DNA of 64,000 nt from Carpediemonas membranifera BICM (taxonomy: Eukaryota > Protista > Fornicata): assembly GCA_019828565.1 (NCBI GenBank), contig JAHDYR010000064.1, forward strand, positions 310,001 through 374,000, written 5' to 3'. Both the position numbers and the translations under genes were made by a program. Shown here one piece after another: positions 19,259 to 32,499 of this stretch. The notes below the pieces were generated by a model, which worked only from the letters and a program-made list of their open reading frames with translations, did not search any database and was not told the DNA's origin. Every line of letters begins with the position of its first letter. Within the stretch, counting starts at the first letter, position 1.

Positions 19259-22200
19259 ATGGATAGCACCGCATCTCGAGGACATACTACAACGTCCGAG
19301 ATGCAGTCCAGTCTGCTATCATTCAGTTCCATGCCGAAATCCTCGGAGATCAGTGGCCGGAACTCTGCGGGAAACGGATCCAACGGCAGCTCGGTTTCCA
19401 GTGCCTCTACCGCCTCAATGTCGACAACATCGCAGATTCAGAACAGTTTCTTCGAGATCATGTACCTGGCCAGCGCGCAGAACCGTCTATTCTGGAGTCT
19501 TGAAGTCCTGTACCTCCTCCTCGACGGGCTCCAAATACTCAGCTTCGCGGCCGACAAGCAGCTCTACGACTGGCCATACATCTCCATCATCCAGGACGGT
19601 ATCAAATACCTTCATTTCCAAACCTACGTCGACGAGTTTGGCCGCCAAGTGGCCACAATCGCAGGCGTTCTTCTCCTCATCGCCGCAATCGTCCTCTGCA
19701 GCATTGTATACGTCGTAGCCCGCTCCGTACAACAGGCACAGGTTCCACACATGATCCTTGTCCGCGTCATCCGACACGTCATGCTCTTCATGACCACTGT
19801 TGGATTCATCCCCATCATGTCGGTCTTCGCTTCAGTAGTCAGAACATACGCTTCTACAGACCTCAACGTGCTCGACGTCGTGATCTGGGCCTGCTCTGCT
19901 CTCGGCGCGGCGCTGTTTTGTGTGGTGGTCTTGGTCTGCTCGACTGTGGCATATGCCTTCGGATACACGAGCACGAACCCGCTCGCACGCCTCAGCGCCA
20001 GGTCCAACGTCATCAGTGTGATAGGACGAGCCGGTATCGTGATCCTCTTCTCGATTGACGCGCTCAACGATCACCCTGCAGTCCGGGCCACGTGGCTCGC
20101 GGCCTTTGTGAGCACGCACGCCCTCTACTACATCATCTACATCCCATACTACCGCATGCTCACTAACATCACCCGCGTTCTCCTCGACTGGGTTGTTCTC
20201 GCCCCGCTGGTTGCCGTAGCTAGCCCCGTCGCTGGTATTGTCATGCTGTGCGTCTCACCCATTATTGCGGGCCTGCCGCTCGTCATGTACATGATGACTG
20301 AGCTACCCACTCACCGTTTCAGGGCAAGCATGCAGTCTGTGAAGTTTGAACACGGTGAGGAGATCATCCCCTTGGAACTCATGGAGGCGCGGCCCAAGCT
20401 GCTTCTGTTCCCATTCCAGGTAGAGATCGCGAGCAGACGCACCCGTCAGAGAATCAAGAGGTACCGTAACCGCATCCACACCATCAACAGAAACGCTCCC
20501 ATGACCATCCTCGAGTTCGACGGCGCAGTGTCTGACGGAGGCGAGCTCAACCACAACCTGCTGCCCAACCAGTACAAGGAGGAGCTAGCCCTTCTTCACG
20601 AGCTCATCGAGCAAGAAGTCACCGTTGGCATGCGTCTATTCGTTTGTTTTCCCACCCATCCTGACACAGCAATTCGCCCGAAGCAGGTGGCGTAACAGCT
20701 CTACCGTGGCGATGACGTATATCCTGTTCACCGCCTGCTACCGCGGGGACACACTCCAGTCGGCGGTCAACAGCACTCTCACCGCACTGTCTGTCAACCC
20801 AGTGCTGCTTGACATCAAGTTCTTCGCTTTCGTCAGTGACAGGTACCGCAACTCTCTGCACGGCGACTCTAGCGTCATGGAGAAGCTCGAAGCCCAGAGG
20901 AACATGACTACCCTCCTTAGGAGCCAACGGAAGCTTGCTGAGGCCCTAGGCCAGTTCTGGACTCAGATCAACACCCAGCGCACCCAGCAGATCTCCCTGC
21001 GCCGTGTCAACGCCTTCATATCGTCAGCAGATCGGATCTCCGTTCTTCTCGGCTCAACTGAGAAACTTTACCACCGCCTGCTCTCCCACCCTGAGCCAAG
21101 GGTCCTTCGCTCTTACGTTCAATACGTGAGGCTGTTCAACTCGGCTGATTCAATCAAAGACTACACCGATGAGTTGTATGGCATCGCTGACGAGCTTGAG
21201 GTCGTCACCGCCAATGAAAAGGGCAAGGTCGTCAAGGCCAAGGGGAGCGGCGTGAAGATCGCCCGCATGGACATGTCAGGCACCTCCGTGAGCTTCCTCT
21301 CGCTGCACATCAGGGCCATTGTCTCCGTGCTCATCATTGCCGTCCTCTTTAGCTGCACCATCGCCGTCTCTATACTGGCACTCCAAGTGTCTCGCCAGAT
21401 CGTGTGGCAGTTCGTCGCCATCTCTGCCTCTGTTACCGGGCTCCAACAGGTCGGTATGGGCCTCTCGGCCCTCAGAATGGGCAACCCCACCCTCCTTGTT
21501 GGAGCAGTGAACTTCGCAGGCCCCCTGTGGACCACAGTGAGCACGGATATGACCCAGGATTACATTACAGCCGGCCTCACCACGTATACTGGGTCCCTGA
21601 AGATATATGCGGGGGTCGACCCGTTCACTGTGGAGAATGATCCGTACTCAGTCATCGACGTCGCTGACAAGTCGTTTTACGAGGATGCCATCGACAGCCT
21701 TATAATCGAGTGTGCCCACTTGCTATACACCATCTCCGACCTCATTTCATCCGAGCTTGTCACCGTGCCCGTTTTCCTCAACGGCGTCCAGACCGGCACC
21801 CAGGAGGTCGGGCTCTTCGAGTACGTAACAGAGGTAATACACACAGCCGAGGGCATTGGACGGTGTCTGATGCAACGCACTACGGATGGACATACCGACG
21901 GCGTGACTTATTGCGCCACTGAGGTGGCTGACACGCTGCTAGAGCACGAGGCCGCCCTCGCCACCGTTGTACCCGCTGCTTTGTACAATGTAGGCGACGA
22001 CGTCTTTGTCTCATCTCAACTCTTCCCGCTCCTTGAACTCGTCATTTTCACAGTGATCTTCGTGGCCTTCCTGATTTCTTTCCTCATTGTCGCAGTAACA
22101 CTTTACGTCATACCCGTCACCAATGACATTACATTCACCGTGAAGCTCATTGGTCTCTTTGCCTCCATACCCGACGACACGATCCACAGCCTGCTCGACC

Positions 22201-23525
22201 GCTTCCAGTCCTACCGGTCATCGAAGGCCCGCCACACGGCCGATCAGCCTTCTTCCGCAGCCATGGCTCGCCGCGCTTCAATGGGAGCTCCAATCCAAGG
22301 CCGAAGAGAGAGCAAGGTCCTGTTCATGGAATCGGACGAAGAGATCAACGCTCGCATGACCGCTGCACCGGACGACCAAGAATCCACCGAGCTCGACTCC
22401 GAAATCGGGCTAGATTCTGACGCAATCCCATCTGGTGCCGAGCCCGACATGATCTCAGACCAAGAGGGCGAGATGATCATCCATCCGCACGCCGTCCACC
22501 GCGAGGAAGACGAGTCTGACGTACCCAAGAGCGAGGAGGAGCTGTTCGACGCCAAGAGTCTTGCCCAGCCACCGGTCAAGCATTGTACCATCCAGACTTT
22601 TGAGGGGAACAAGAACTCCATCAGATTCAAATTTGCTGTGAGACAAGTGCCGATGCTCGTCCTCTGGATGTCGGTATTCGGCTTTATTTACGTCGTTATG
22701 AACGCCTACGCAGTATACCAGACCTCCGACGTTGCCCAGACGGCTGAGACCATTCTCATCCAGTATAGGTCCATGCTCTTGCTGCGGTCGTCCATGCAAC
22801 ACATCGCAGCATATTCGTGGGACGCTGCGTCGAGCCCGGTTACTCTGGAGACGATGGAAGCTGAGATTGCCGCAGATTCGGAGCTCGTCAAGCCTCTTCT
22901 CGGGTACATGGCCGGTAAGAGCGCTGACGGCATCGATCTTGTCTCGAACACCTGGGATGGCATCAACCCAGTCTTGAAGTGGGCCTCACACGCCCTCATG
23001 GGCATCATGGTGACCGACTACTGGTTTGAGGGCTACTTCCAGGCCGACATCAGCACTCTGATGTATGACTCTCCATGTGTTCGTCTGATTGAGTCGACCT
23101 GCGAGGCTGATCGGCCAGAAGAGACGTACGCGGGCCTGCTGAACATCATACAGGCGTACACGCTTCGTGTGGAGCTCGCGGTCGCGGAGTTGAACTCTGG
23201 CACTATGTACGGCCCAAGTCACCAGTTCCTCAATGAGACGGTCGAGCTTGACGTGACTGGGGGCCTCCTCGCCATGTCCGGTGACCTCCGCGCGCGGTTC
23301 TCGAACCTGCTGACGGACACACAGACTAACATGCTTCTATTCATGCTCTTTTTCATGGTTTTGCTCGGACTCTTCTATGTTCTCTATTTCTTCCGAACTA
23401 TTGTGCAAATGTCGAAGACGAGGCGCCAGTTCAGCCTGTTGTTCAACGCCATGCCGAGGAATGAGCTGCCTACTGTTCTTGCCGAGAAGTTCCTCGAGTT
23501 CTTCCCGGATGAAGAAGATATTTAA
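19259..23525 (+). CDS. Second TmcB-like multi-pass membrane protein (exons 19259-20641 and 20670-23525)
   Basis: ORFs 18821-20695 and 20625-23525 join in frame (MRLF|QFARSRW) through a 28-nt intron; N-terminal TM bundle, TPR-like EKLYHRLLSHPEPRVLRSYVQYV, further TM/extracellular modules; start codon uncertain. Confidence 0.8.
20642..20669 (+). other. Spliceosomal intron, 28 nt
   Basis: GTTTGTTTTCCCACCCATCCTGACACAG; restores frame between two long ORFs. Confidence 0.9.
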
Positions 23526-23654
23526 GGGAATTTAACGCTGCTGTAAAATATTGATTGCAAAATGACTGCTGTTGGCCAGTTGTGTTGGTTCGACCGGCAC
23601 GTCGCAGCGCTCATTCGCAGCATCGCAGTACGAAAGAAAGAATCCATGGAATAT

Positions 23655-24449
23655 TTAGAAATAAGCAGAATGGCTGGACTGCTCGCCTCTCGGCTTCCGG
23701 ATCTTGTCCATGTTCTTCAGCAAGACGTCGTAGAGCACCTGGTAGTTGTTCTTCAGGTCGTTGTAGCATATCCTAAAGTTGAGGAGCTCCTTCTCGTCCA
23801 TCTCGACGAGGGCGCGGATGTAGTCCTCGACCTCGGGATGCTTGATGATCTTGGCCACAAGGCGGCCGCGCTGGATGAGGTACTTGAAGCTCGAGTCAAG
23901 CAGGCCGAGCACAGCGTCCTCAGCGCGGGACAGCTCAGCAACAGTCTCCTCCTGGATCGAGACGCCGAAGTTGTTTCCGTCCTCGATGCGGGGGATGTTG
24001 AGCTGGATCCACATCTTGGCGTGCCCGACGATCTCGAGAAGATCGTGGACCTGCGCCTTGAGTGTATCGAGGAGCTCAATGAAGCTCTCGTTGCTGCGGG
24101 ACACAATACCGTTCCTCTTCGCCTTCAGCTCATCTGAAAGGTCGATTGGCTTATCGTCGATCTCGACGCGGGCTCTCTTGCCGGGCTGGACAGGCTTGTC
24201 TTCCCCGTCAAGCTCAAGCTTGGAAAGCATCTCGAGGCGATAGCTCACCGGGTAGCTGGGTTGCAGAAGAGGCTGTGTGGCCAGCATATCGTGCAGCAGC
24301 AGGATCTTAGCGGGCATCTTGATGAAGATGGACGTCTCCGCCTGAGATTCGTACTCCCCAGTGATCTTTGTGAGCTTCTCGGCTATTTCAACCGCTTCCT
24401 TGCGGACATCCTCGTTCTTAATGCTCTGAGTCGCATTCTTGGGCGCCAT
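23655..24449 (-). CDS. PSME3: Proteasome activator PA28/REG (PSME3-like)
   Basis: Activation loop KMWIQLNIPRIEDGNNFGVSIQEE, KHPEVEDY, LYDVLLKNMDKIRKPRG. Confidence 0.95.
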   Translation of the reverse strand: MAPKNATQSIKNEDVRKEAVEIAEKLTKITGEYESQAETSIFIKMPAKILLLHDMLATQPLLQPSYPVSYRLEMLSKLELDGEDKPVQPGKRARVEIDDKPIDLSDELKAKRNGIVSRSNESFIELLDTLKAQVHDLLEIVGHAKMWIQLNIPRIEDGNNFGVSIQEETVAELSRAEDAVLGLLDSSFKYLIQRGRLVAKIIKHPEVEDYIRALVEMDEKELLNFRICYNDLKNNYQVLYDVLLKNMDKIRKPRGEQSSHSAYF

Positions 24450-24775
24450 AACTCTTCTATGTGTCGTTGCAAGTGCAGTTTATGTCATATCACGATGCAT
24501 TCATCCAATGAGTCCGAGTTCGGGCCTCTGGGGAGTTCGGGACCGGGTTACTTCCTGTAAGGTAAGGTAAGGTTGTGCTGTAAGCTACATTAATTCGATG
24601 GCTCGTCCTGCGGCGTGGTTGTTTCCATGTCGTCGGTACGCTGGATCTGATCTCTCCTGAGATCACACCCCAGCTGTCAGAGGCAGTAGCTGTGCCTCGG
24701 GGTCTGGCATGCACTGTCTGCCTTCGTTGACCATGTGCAGTTTAGCCGGTTCCATCACGAAAAAGTGCGACAACG

Positions 24776-27700
24776 ATGAAGAGCGCTTCTCCCGTTGATA
24801 TCCACGGTGAGAATCTCACTAAGCACGTGAAGCAAGCCGCAGAAAGGTTTGGTTCAATCGCTAAATCACTCGGTGTGCCGCCCAAGGAGTCTCCATCATC
24901 CAAGATCACCTATGCTGAGCTTTCCATCGAGCCCTACGAGCAATCCTCATCCTCCCAGATCCTCTCCGCCATCAGAGTCAGCAACCCCTCTGTAGCCCGC
25001 GTCATTGGCGCCCTTGAGTACATGGATCGGTCCATGGCCTCTCTTCGGGCCACAGGACTCGAATTCTTGCCACTCCTCACCCTATTCGGTGAGCTGAGCG
25101 AGGAGGACGGCCGTAAGCTTGACCTATCTGTTGCTGGGCCCGCTCAGCTCCTCATCTCCCGAAGCATCAAGGACATTGTCCGCCTCGCCCAATGGCTTGA
25201 CGACAGCTGCAACGTGATCCGCTTCGTGTTCAGACACCTAGCTATGGTGTACGCCAAGGGCTCTTCTGTGGGTCATATGGTCAAGCGTGATTCCCCCCAC
25301 ACGGTGTTGCGGCGCCTGGGCGAGCTTTACGGCGTTCTCGTCCTCGTCGACCACTGCATCGCCACCAACGCGCACCTTAAGAAGGCATGGGAGGCGTACA
25401 AGACCACAGTATACGACGCCAAGAAGAGCCAACCGAGCGAAGAGCTTTCCTCGCTCTACCAGCGCCTCGACGCCATCGACGCCACCCTCTTCAGCGGAGC
25501 AACCCTCAGCCTCTGGAACGACGTCGAGCAGAAGGAGGCTTCCCTCTCCGTTGCCGCAGTCGTATTCCAAGAGGCCGAGGCCGTCCTTGCCCTCGACCCC
25601 GAGGACACACGCCCAGACGCCCCCGCTCAAGTGCTCACAGGCCTCGCCCTCATGGACATATCCGCCCAGATGTCCCGTAAGTGCGGCAAGACCATGCCTG
25701 CTAGGGGCATAGACGCTGCTGTGGCCGTTGTCAAGGAATGGCCAGTCGTGCACGTCGCACTGGGCGAGGGATGGCCGACACTGCCATTCGTACGGCGTAT
25801 GGCTGAGACATGCGGCGCTGCTAAGCACCCTGTGATGAAGCTGAGCATGAAGGCCCTCCTCGCGGCCAGTGCAGCCAAGCTCGACGCCACCAAGCCCGAC
25901 GAGCACAAGACTAGGGCTCGTACTCTCATCCTGAGGCTCGGCAGACTATGCAAGGACGCCGAGAGAGACGCTGACGCTGTCGCTACCTGCGTCCTTGCCC
26001 TCGCAGAGACGGCTGAGGCCTGCCAGACCTTCGTAGACACTCTAGTATCCACACACGCGATACAGGGCTCCCCGCTCAAGAAGAGCGTCGGCCGCTGCGT
26101 CCTGGATGCCGTCCACGTGGTTCACATGATCGGCAGGGCCACCCACAGACACAGGGTCATCATCGGCGAGAGCCTTGTGGCCAACATCGAGCAGCGGACT
26201 CAGAACCCGGTGTTCCTCGACGCCCTGCTCTCCAGGGCCGGGCCAGACCTTGTTGCCATCGCCATGAGCCTCCATAACGGTCCTAAAACTGCACTCCGGA
26301 GACGAATGTTCCACTCGACGCTGGACCTCTTGGGCTCAGAGATGAAGGAGACCGAGGTAGCCAGCGCCAGGGAGGAGCTTCGTGCGGCGGAGCGGGTGAT
26401 GCAGGTGTACAGCCACCGCTCGGCCCTGCCCACGTCGGTCTACATGGTCCGCACCCTGCTGGAGACCGCGCTGACCGACACCGCGTCCTACCCGACCCTG
26501 ACCCACGTGGTCGCCTCGTTCTGTGAGACGCTGACCGAGATTTACGACGCCATCATCCCCCAGGCCACGCACTCTGACCTGGCAGGGTCCCTAGCCGAGG
26601 AGCTGTGGCACACGGTCGATAGCGCCTTGCTGGGTCCACTGGTGATTCGCCTGGATGACGCCAACAGGAAGCTCGGCAAGGCTGACACGGTGCCTGGTAT
26701 TGCGGACGACGTGACCGCCTCAGCGGCCGACTGCACCATCATCCGCACCCCATCCTTCCGCTTGTGCGATCGAGTGGTCAACATCCGCGCTGAGGTGCTC
26801 CGTCGAGTTACTGAACGCATGTATAATCATGTAACATGCTTCCCGGCTGACTGGAAGGTGCACCAGGAGATGCGGATGCAGTACAAGGCCATGGGCCTCG
26901 CACTGTATGACCCGCACCTGCCGCTGCAGTCCAAGAGCGGCGGGCTCGACGTGCTCACGATTATGCGCCACATCCACTCGTTCGCCGCCAACTACGGCTA
27001 TAATTTGAACCAGCAGTTCTTTGAACAGCATATGGCGGGCCAACAAGGTGGGAAGAACCTCAACCACCTCCGTGTCACGGACGTGGCCGACAGCCTGCTC
27101 CAGCACGGAGCCGGGATCCTTGACACGGCCGTGAATTACACGTATACGTACCTCATTGCTACGTTTAAGCTGCTCGTGGAGTTCTTGCGGGACGACCAGG
27201 TGCTTTCCAGAGTTGGGAGAATTGGAAAGAAGTACCGCAGGTTGATTGCTGACGTCAACAAGGAGCACGAGAAGGCTGGCGAAGAGCTCGCGCACAGGCT
27301 GGAAACTCGTGTGCCGTACCCCTTCTCGTTCGCTGATGAGCTCGCCAAGGAGCTCGCCGCCATCGGTGCCGAAAAAGAGCAGAATCCCCTTGACAACCTG
27401 CGTGAGCTCATCACACGCATGGGCAACGGCGTCGGTTACACCCGCCTGCTGCAATCTGGCGCCCTCCACAACGCCGGGTTGATGAGCCAGTTTATCCTGG
27501 GCCACGGCGAGCTGGAAACACCACTCTCCAAGGCGTGCACTAAGCTGGAGACGACGCTGACGAAGAGTACGGTGCTGTATAGATCGCTGGTGGACGCATT
27601 CCAGCCTGTGTTGAAGCAGGATAAGCGTTTGCAGTCTTTCCACTTGTTGGCGCCGTCAATTATCATCAATCACGTTAATCATGTAATCACGATGAAAGAC

Positions 27701-27973
27701 GCCCTCGGCAGACCCGGTAGAGACGCTGGCTTCTGCTACGACGGGTTTGCCCTTGGCATGGCCTTCTGTCTCTCTTGCCTAAGCCAGACGGGTCAATTTG
27801 ACGCGCTCATTTGGCCTCAAGCTGTGCAGGATTACGTCGACCAAGAGTTCGGGAAGGATAAGACTGCTCAGTTCACTGCGGGTCGGCGGGAGCGGTTTGT
27901 GAGAGAGAATGACACGTTTGAGGGTGTATTCTCATCGTGCCGCATGTTCTTCGAGACCGAGGGGATGGAATAA
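24776..27973 (+). CDS. WASHC4: WASH complex subunit 4 (SWIP/KIAA1033/WASH-7)
   Basis: GLDVLTIMRHIHSFAANYGYNLNQQFF, DSLLQHGAGILDTAVNYTYTYL, MGNGVGYTRLLQSG, DGFALGMAF. Confidence 0.9.
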   Translation: MKSASPVDIHGENLTKHVKQAAERFGSIAKSLGVPPKESPSSKITYAELSIEPYEQSSSSQILSAIRVSNPSVARVIGALEYMDRSMASLRATGLEFLPLLTLFGELSEEDGRKLDLSVAGPAQLLISRSIKDIVRLAQWLDDSCNVIRFVFRHLAMVYAKGSSVGHMVKRDSPHTVLRRLGELYGVLVLVDHCIATNAHLKKAWEAYKTTVYDAKKSQPSEELSSLYQRLDAIDATLFSGATLSLWNDVEQKEASLSVAAVVFQEAEAVLALDPEDTRPDAPAQVLTGLALMDISAQMSRKCGKTMPARGIDAAVAVVKEWPVVHVALGEGWPTLPFVRRMAETCGAAKHPVMKLSMKALLAASAAKLDATKPDEHKTRARTLILRLGRLCKDAERDADAVATCVLALAETAEACQTFVDTLVSTHAIQGSPLKKSVGRCVLDAVHVVHMIGRATHRHRVIIGESLVANIEQRTQNPVFLDALLSRAGPDLVAIAMSLHNGPKTALRRRMFHSTLDLLGSEMKETEVASAREELRAAERVMQVYSHRSALPTSVYMVRTLLETALTDTASYPTLTHVVASFCETLTEIYDAIIPQATHSDLAGSLAEELWHTVDSALLGPLVIRLDDANRKLGKADTVPGIADDVTASAADCTIIRTPSFRLCDRVVNIRAEVLRRVTERMYNHVTCFPADWKVHQEMRMQYKAMGLALYDPHLPLQSKSGGLDVLTIMRHIHSFAANYGYNLNQQFFEQHMAGQQGGKNLNHLRVTDVADSLLQHGAGILDTAVNYTYTYLIATFKLLVEFLRDDQVLSRVGRIGKKYRRLIADVNKEHEKAGEELAHRLETRVPYPFSFADELAKELAAIGAEKEQNPLDNLRELITRMGNGVGYTRLLQSGALHNAGLMSQFILGHGELETPLSKACTKLETTLTKSTVLYRSLVDAFQPVLKQDKRLQSFHLLAPSIIINHVNHVITMKDALGRPGRDAGFCYDGFALGMAFCLSCLSQTGQFDALIWPQAVQDYVDQEFGKDKTAQFTAGRRERFVRENDTFEGVFSSCRMFFETEGME

Positions 27974-28032
27974 AATGAGCTTAGCGAAATCCGGTTAATA
28001 TTTACGGCTGGGTCTTGAGGTTTTATGCAAGC

Positions 28033-29646
28033 TCACACCTCCTCTACTGGCCGCCGCGGCAGCACAGGCATCGCCCGAGTAGGCGCCAACAGTGGTGGCA
28101 ACTTGGCCGCGCCCATGGGCGGCAGGCGGGCAGGCGGGAGGACGGGCTTGCTGCCCAGAGTGGTCTGGGACGGGTGCCTCGTGTGGGTCGACTCCTCCTC
28201 GCTGAACTCATTGTCCTCCTCGGTTGAGGCACCATCTTCGACCTCGAGTGTGGTTGTCTCCCCAGCAGGTGACAACGGTGCCACTGAGCCAACCACAGCA
28301 TTCTTCTTCTTATTGATTATGTTGAGAGCAATACCGTAAGTCGCCCCAACTCCGACCGTGGCGCAGGTTATGACGCCGACCATCGTCAGCAACATGACGA
28401 TGGCAACAACAGCCGTGACGGATAGACAGCCTGCTGCCACAGCAGCGATGACAGCGATGGTGTTGGCCCCGGCTGAATCATTTGATGGGTCATGGTACAG
28501 GAAGAGCACGCCCGCGGCGCTGTCGTTGACTTCATAATTGGGCGCAGAGATCACCAAAGCACCCGCGTCACGGCAATAAACCACCTGACGACCGAACTGG
28601 GGCTGGCCACCGCCTGTCCTGTTGGCTGCGGGCAGCTCTATCATCGTCTGATTGACCCAGACGCCATCCTTCAAACCGAACTCGATCGCACAGCCGACCT
28701 GTTCGCCGTTGCTGCCCGGATCACAAAGATACGCGCCAATGACGAGCGTTTCATCGTCGATGAACGCCATACCCAATCCGAAGAAGCTGAAGTCCTGCGG
28801 CAACATTCCGTCGGGAGCATGAATGGAAGTCATCGAACGGCCACTGGCCCCGTCGTCGCTGTAAATATCCACTCGTGGCATTCCAGAGAAATTGAAGGGT
28901 GTAGCGACGGCCACGTGTGCAGCTGAGGGAGAGATGGCTGACACGCCCCACATAGCGAAGCCAGCAGGATGTTCTTCCTCTCCAAACGTCGGCCCAAGGG
29001 CAAACTGGCCCGTGTTGCTGTCGTAGTCCACCTGTTGGAGGAAGTAGACATTGGTGGCCTCCACATACATGGGAATGAAAACAGTGGTACCCACGGTGGT
29101 CGTGTAGGCTTTGGTATGGTTGATAAGGTCAAGACGCTGGGTTGGCACCCATCCCGAGGCCGACTTAGCGTATACCAGGAGGGTACTTGGAAAAGCCAGC
29201 ACTACGAGCTTGTCTCCAGCAAACGATGGTCCACTGAGCGCTGTCTCGGGGTAGGCTTGGAGATCGCTGGGAATCGTGCCCTCCGAGATCCTCCAAACGC
29301 CATCAACGCGCTCGATGAAGTGAACGAAGTTCTTCGTCGCGTTTTGGCTGAAGACGACGATGGTGTCGCCTGAGACAGCTGGATTGCTTCCCCAGAAATT
29401 GGGTGAGACATCCACGGGAGCGTTGATGATGGTAACCTTCGATAAATCCATCGGATCGTCATAGATGACGAAGGCTTGTCGCGAATATACCTCTTTTGTG
29501 CTTGAAATGAGCGTCTTTCCGTCTGTGTTCATGAAAATGCCGAGTCCATCGACATCGGGCAGTGTTCGGCTGCCATAGTACGATGGTAGCGTAGAAGCGC
29601 TACATACAATGATAATCGAGGCAAGAATCACGCAAACAGGAACCAT
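28033..29646 (-). CDS. Single-pass surface protein with FG-GAP-like beta-propeller
   Basis: Signal-like N-terminus (MVPVCVILASII), FFGLGMAF...LVIGAY and QFGRQV...LVISAP repeats, C-terminal TM, acidic/Pro-rich tail; upstream in-frame ATG at 29733. Confidence 0.75.
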   Translation of the reverse strand: MVPVCVILASIIIVCSASTLPSYYGSRTLPDVDGLGIFMNTDGKTLISSTKEVYSRQAFVIYDDPMDLSKVTIINAPVDVSPNFWGSNPAVSGDTIVVFSQNATKNFVHFIERVDGVWRISEGTIPSDLQAYPETALSGPSFAGDKLVVLAFPSTLLVYAKSASGWVPTQRLDLINHTKAYTTTVGTTVFIPMYVEATNVYFLQQVDYDSNTGQFALGPTFGEEEHPAGFAMWGVSAISPSAAHVAVATPFNFSGMPRVDIYSDDGASGRSMTSIHAPDGMLPQDFSFFGLGMAFIDDETLVIGAYLCDPGSNGEQVGCAIEFGLKDGVWVNQTMIELPAANRTGGGQPQFGRQVVYCRDAGALVISAPNYEVNDSAAGVLFLYHDPSNDSAGANTIAVIAAVAAGCLSVTAVVAIVMLLTMVGVITCATVGVGATYGIALNIINKKKNAVVGSVAPLSPAGETTTLEVEDGASTEEDNEFSEEESTHTRHPSQTTLGSKPVLPPARLPPMGAAKLPPLLAPTRAMPVLPRRPVEEV

Positions 29647-29942
29647 CTTCGAATATCGTTGCCAAGCGGAGATCGCATCGAAATGGCTTTGCGATTTACC
29701 GCCAATCATTGTGCCAGATGGTGTCGGGCACATGCCTCTGTTAGCCTTGGGTTGTCAATCGGTCCTTCGTCGTCTGCCTGCCAAACGCCATTCCTCATCC
29801 TCAACACGACGCGAGTCAGCAAGAGAGGCCGGTAGCGAGGGTCAGTCGAGCCTACAACCAGTATACTGGCGAAGACATCATCTGCCTCCTTCCATCATCC
29901 AGCTCAGTGACTTTGAGACCATCAGTTCACGCGCCGAAGGGA

Positions 29943-30746
29943 ATGAGCAACACTTCCCTTTCTACCCGTATCATGGACGTATTGTCGCCCGCAGCCATTC
30001 AGAAGCTGAGCATATGCCAGATGCCCGGTGATGGCGTCACACAGCCGACAAACGTGTTGACCGCTGCTACAGATGGCCTCCTGGGCTTCCAGCTATTGCT
30101 AATCAGTGTAGTCTTCATGAGAACCTTCAATTCAGCTCGCAGAAAGACTTCCAAGCGCCGCGCCAAGCTCAGTGATTTCTTCATGAGCCTCTCAATGCTG
30201 CTTAGTGCCGTCATGTCCTTCTCAGGCGTCAAGGACCACACCACAGCGTCTATCGTTGCAGCATATCCATATTGGGTCACTGTGGTGCTCTCTGGCGTGC
30301 TCTCCAGCTGGGCATTCTGCCTGGCATGCGTCTCCGACTGTGTTCGGACTTCCCGCCGCGTAACGATTCACGCGGTGCTTCCCACGCTTATCGTGGCAAG
30401 CGGCCTCTTCTTCACGGTCAACTGCAACTGGACCTTTGTCTCTTTCGGCATCTCCCAGCTCCCCCTTTTCATGCTCGGCGTGCTTTATTCCTTGGCCGCG
30501 TATATGCATTCACGTCTCGCCAACACCGTCAACATCCTCATGATTGTCGGTACTATTGGTAGCATTGGCGTACAGGCGGGCGGGGCGGCCATCGACCTCC
30601 ACCTCGAGGCCATGCCCCACTTCGATTACAACGTGGTTTTCCACTTTGTTCAGATGGCCGTGTTCGCGCTATTCTTCGCTGCTCGGATGTCGGGGCCAGT
30701 CCGCCGCGAACACAGCAGACCGCTCATGGCCAAGAAGGCCAAGTAG
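29943..30746 (+). CDS. Multi-pass (about 7 TM) membrane protein
   Basis: Seven hydrophobic segments; N-terminal PTNVLTAATD and C-terminal DYNVVFHFVQM. Confidence 0.75.
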   Translation: MSNTSLSTRIMDVLSPAAIQKLSICQMPGDGVTQPTNVLTAATDGLLGFQLLLISVVFMRTFNSARRKTSKRRAKLSDFFMSLSMLLSAVMSFSGVKDHTTASIVAAYPYWVTVVLSGVLSSWAFCLACVSDCVRTSRRVTIHAVLPTLIVASGLFFTVNCNWTFVSFGISQLPLFMLGVLYSLAAYMHSRLANTVNILMIVGTIGSIGVQAGGAAIDLHLEAMPHFDYNVVFHFVQMAVFALFFAARMSGPVRREHSRPLMAKKAK

Positions 30747-30899
30747 GTTGTAAAAGACCAACCGGTGCGAGTTTGTCTCCTTGTTCCTCTATGGGGGTGA
30801 TCACCTTACCTTACATAGCGACAGACACTGGCATCGTCAATGTTGGCTAATGGAGTTGTTGAATAAAGGATCGCTCAAGAACGTTTATTGGTGAAACGC

Positions 30900-32241
<1,342 letters not shown>

Positions 32242-32499
32242 TGTCTGTGTTAGGAGGGGAAATTTTCGCGGAAATGCAATGCAGGTGTGAAAACGATTAA
32301 CTTCACGACAATGTGCTCTTCTCATGCACATACACCGTATGTCTCGCTTTCCACTCACACGGCAAGCCCGTTAATTTGAACAAACATGTTGTATAGAACT
32401 AGCCCTCAAGGCGACTCAACGGCGACTTCGACACAATTTCGACACCGACCAAAATTACAGATCATGCCAGGCATGCTATTTACACGTGCTATACAACGC

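Noticed and set aside
24557-24572. (GTAAG)3, and CCTTACCTTAC near 30804, as a U1 snRNA 5' end
   Set aside because: Simple microsatellite; no U1 stem-loops or Sm site recognisable
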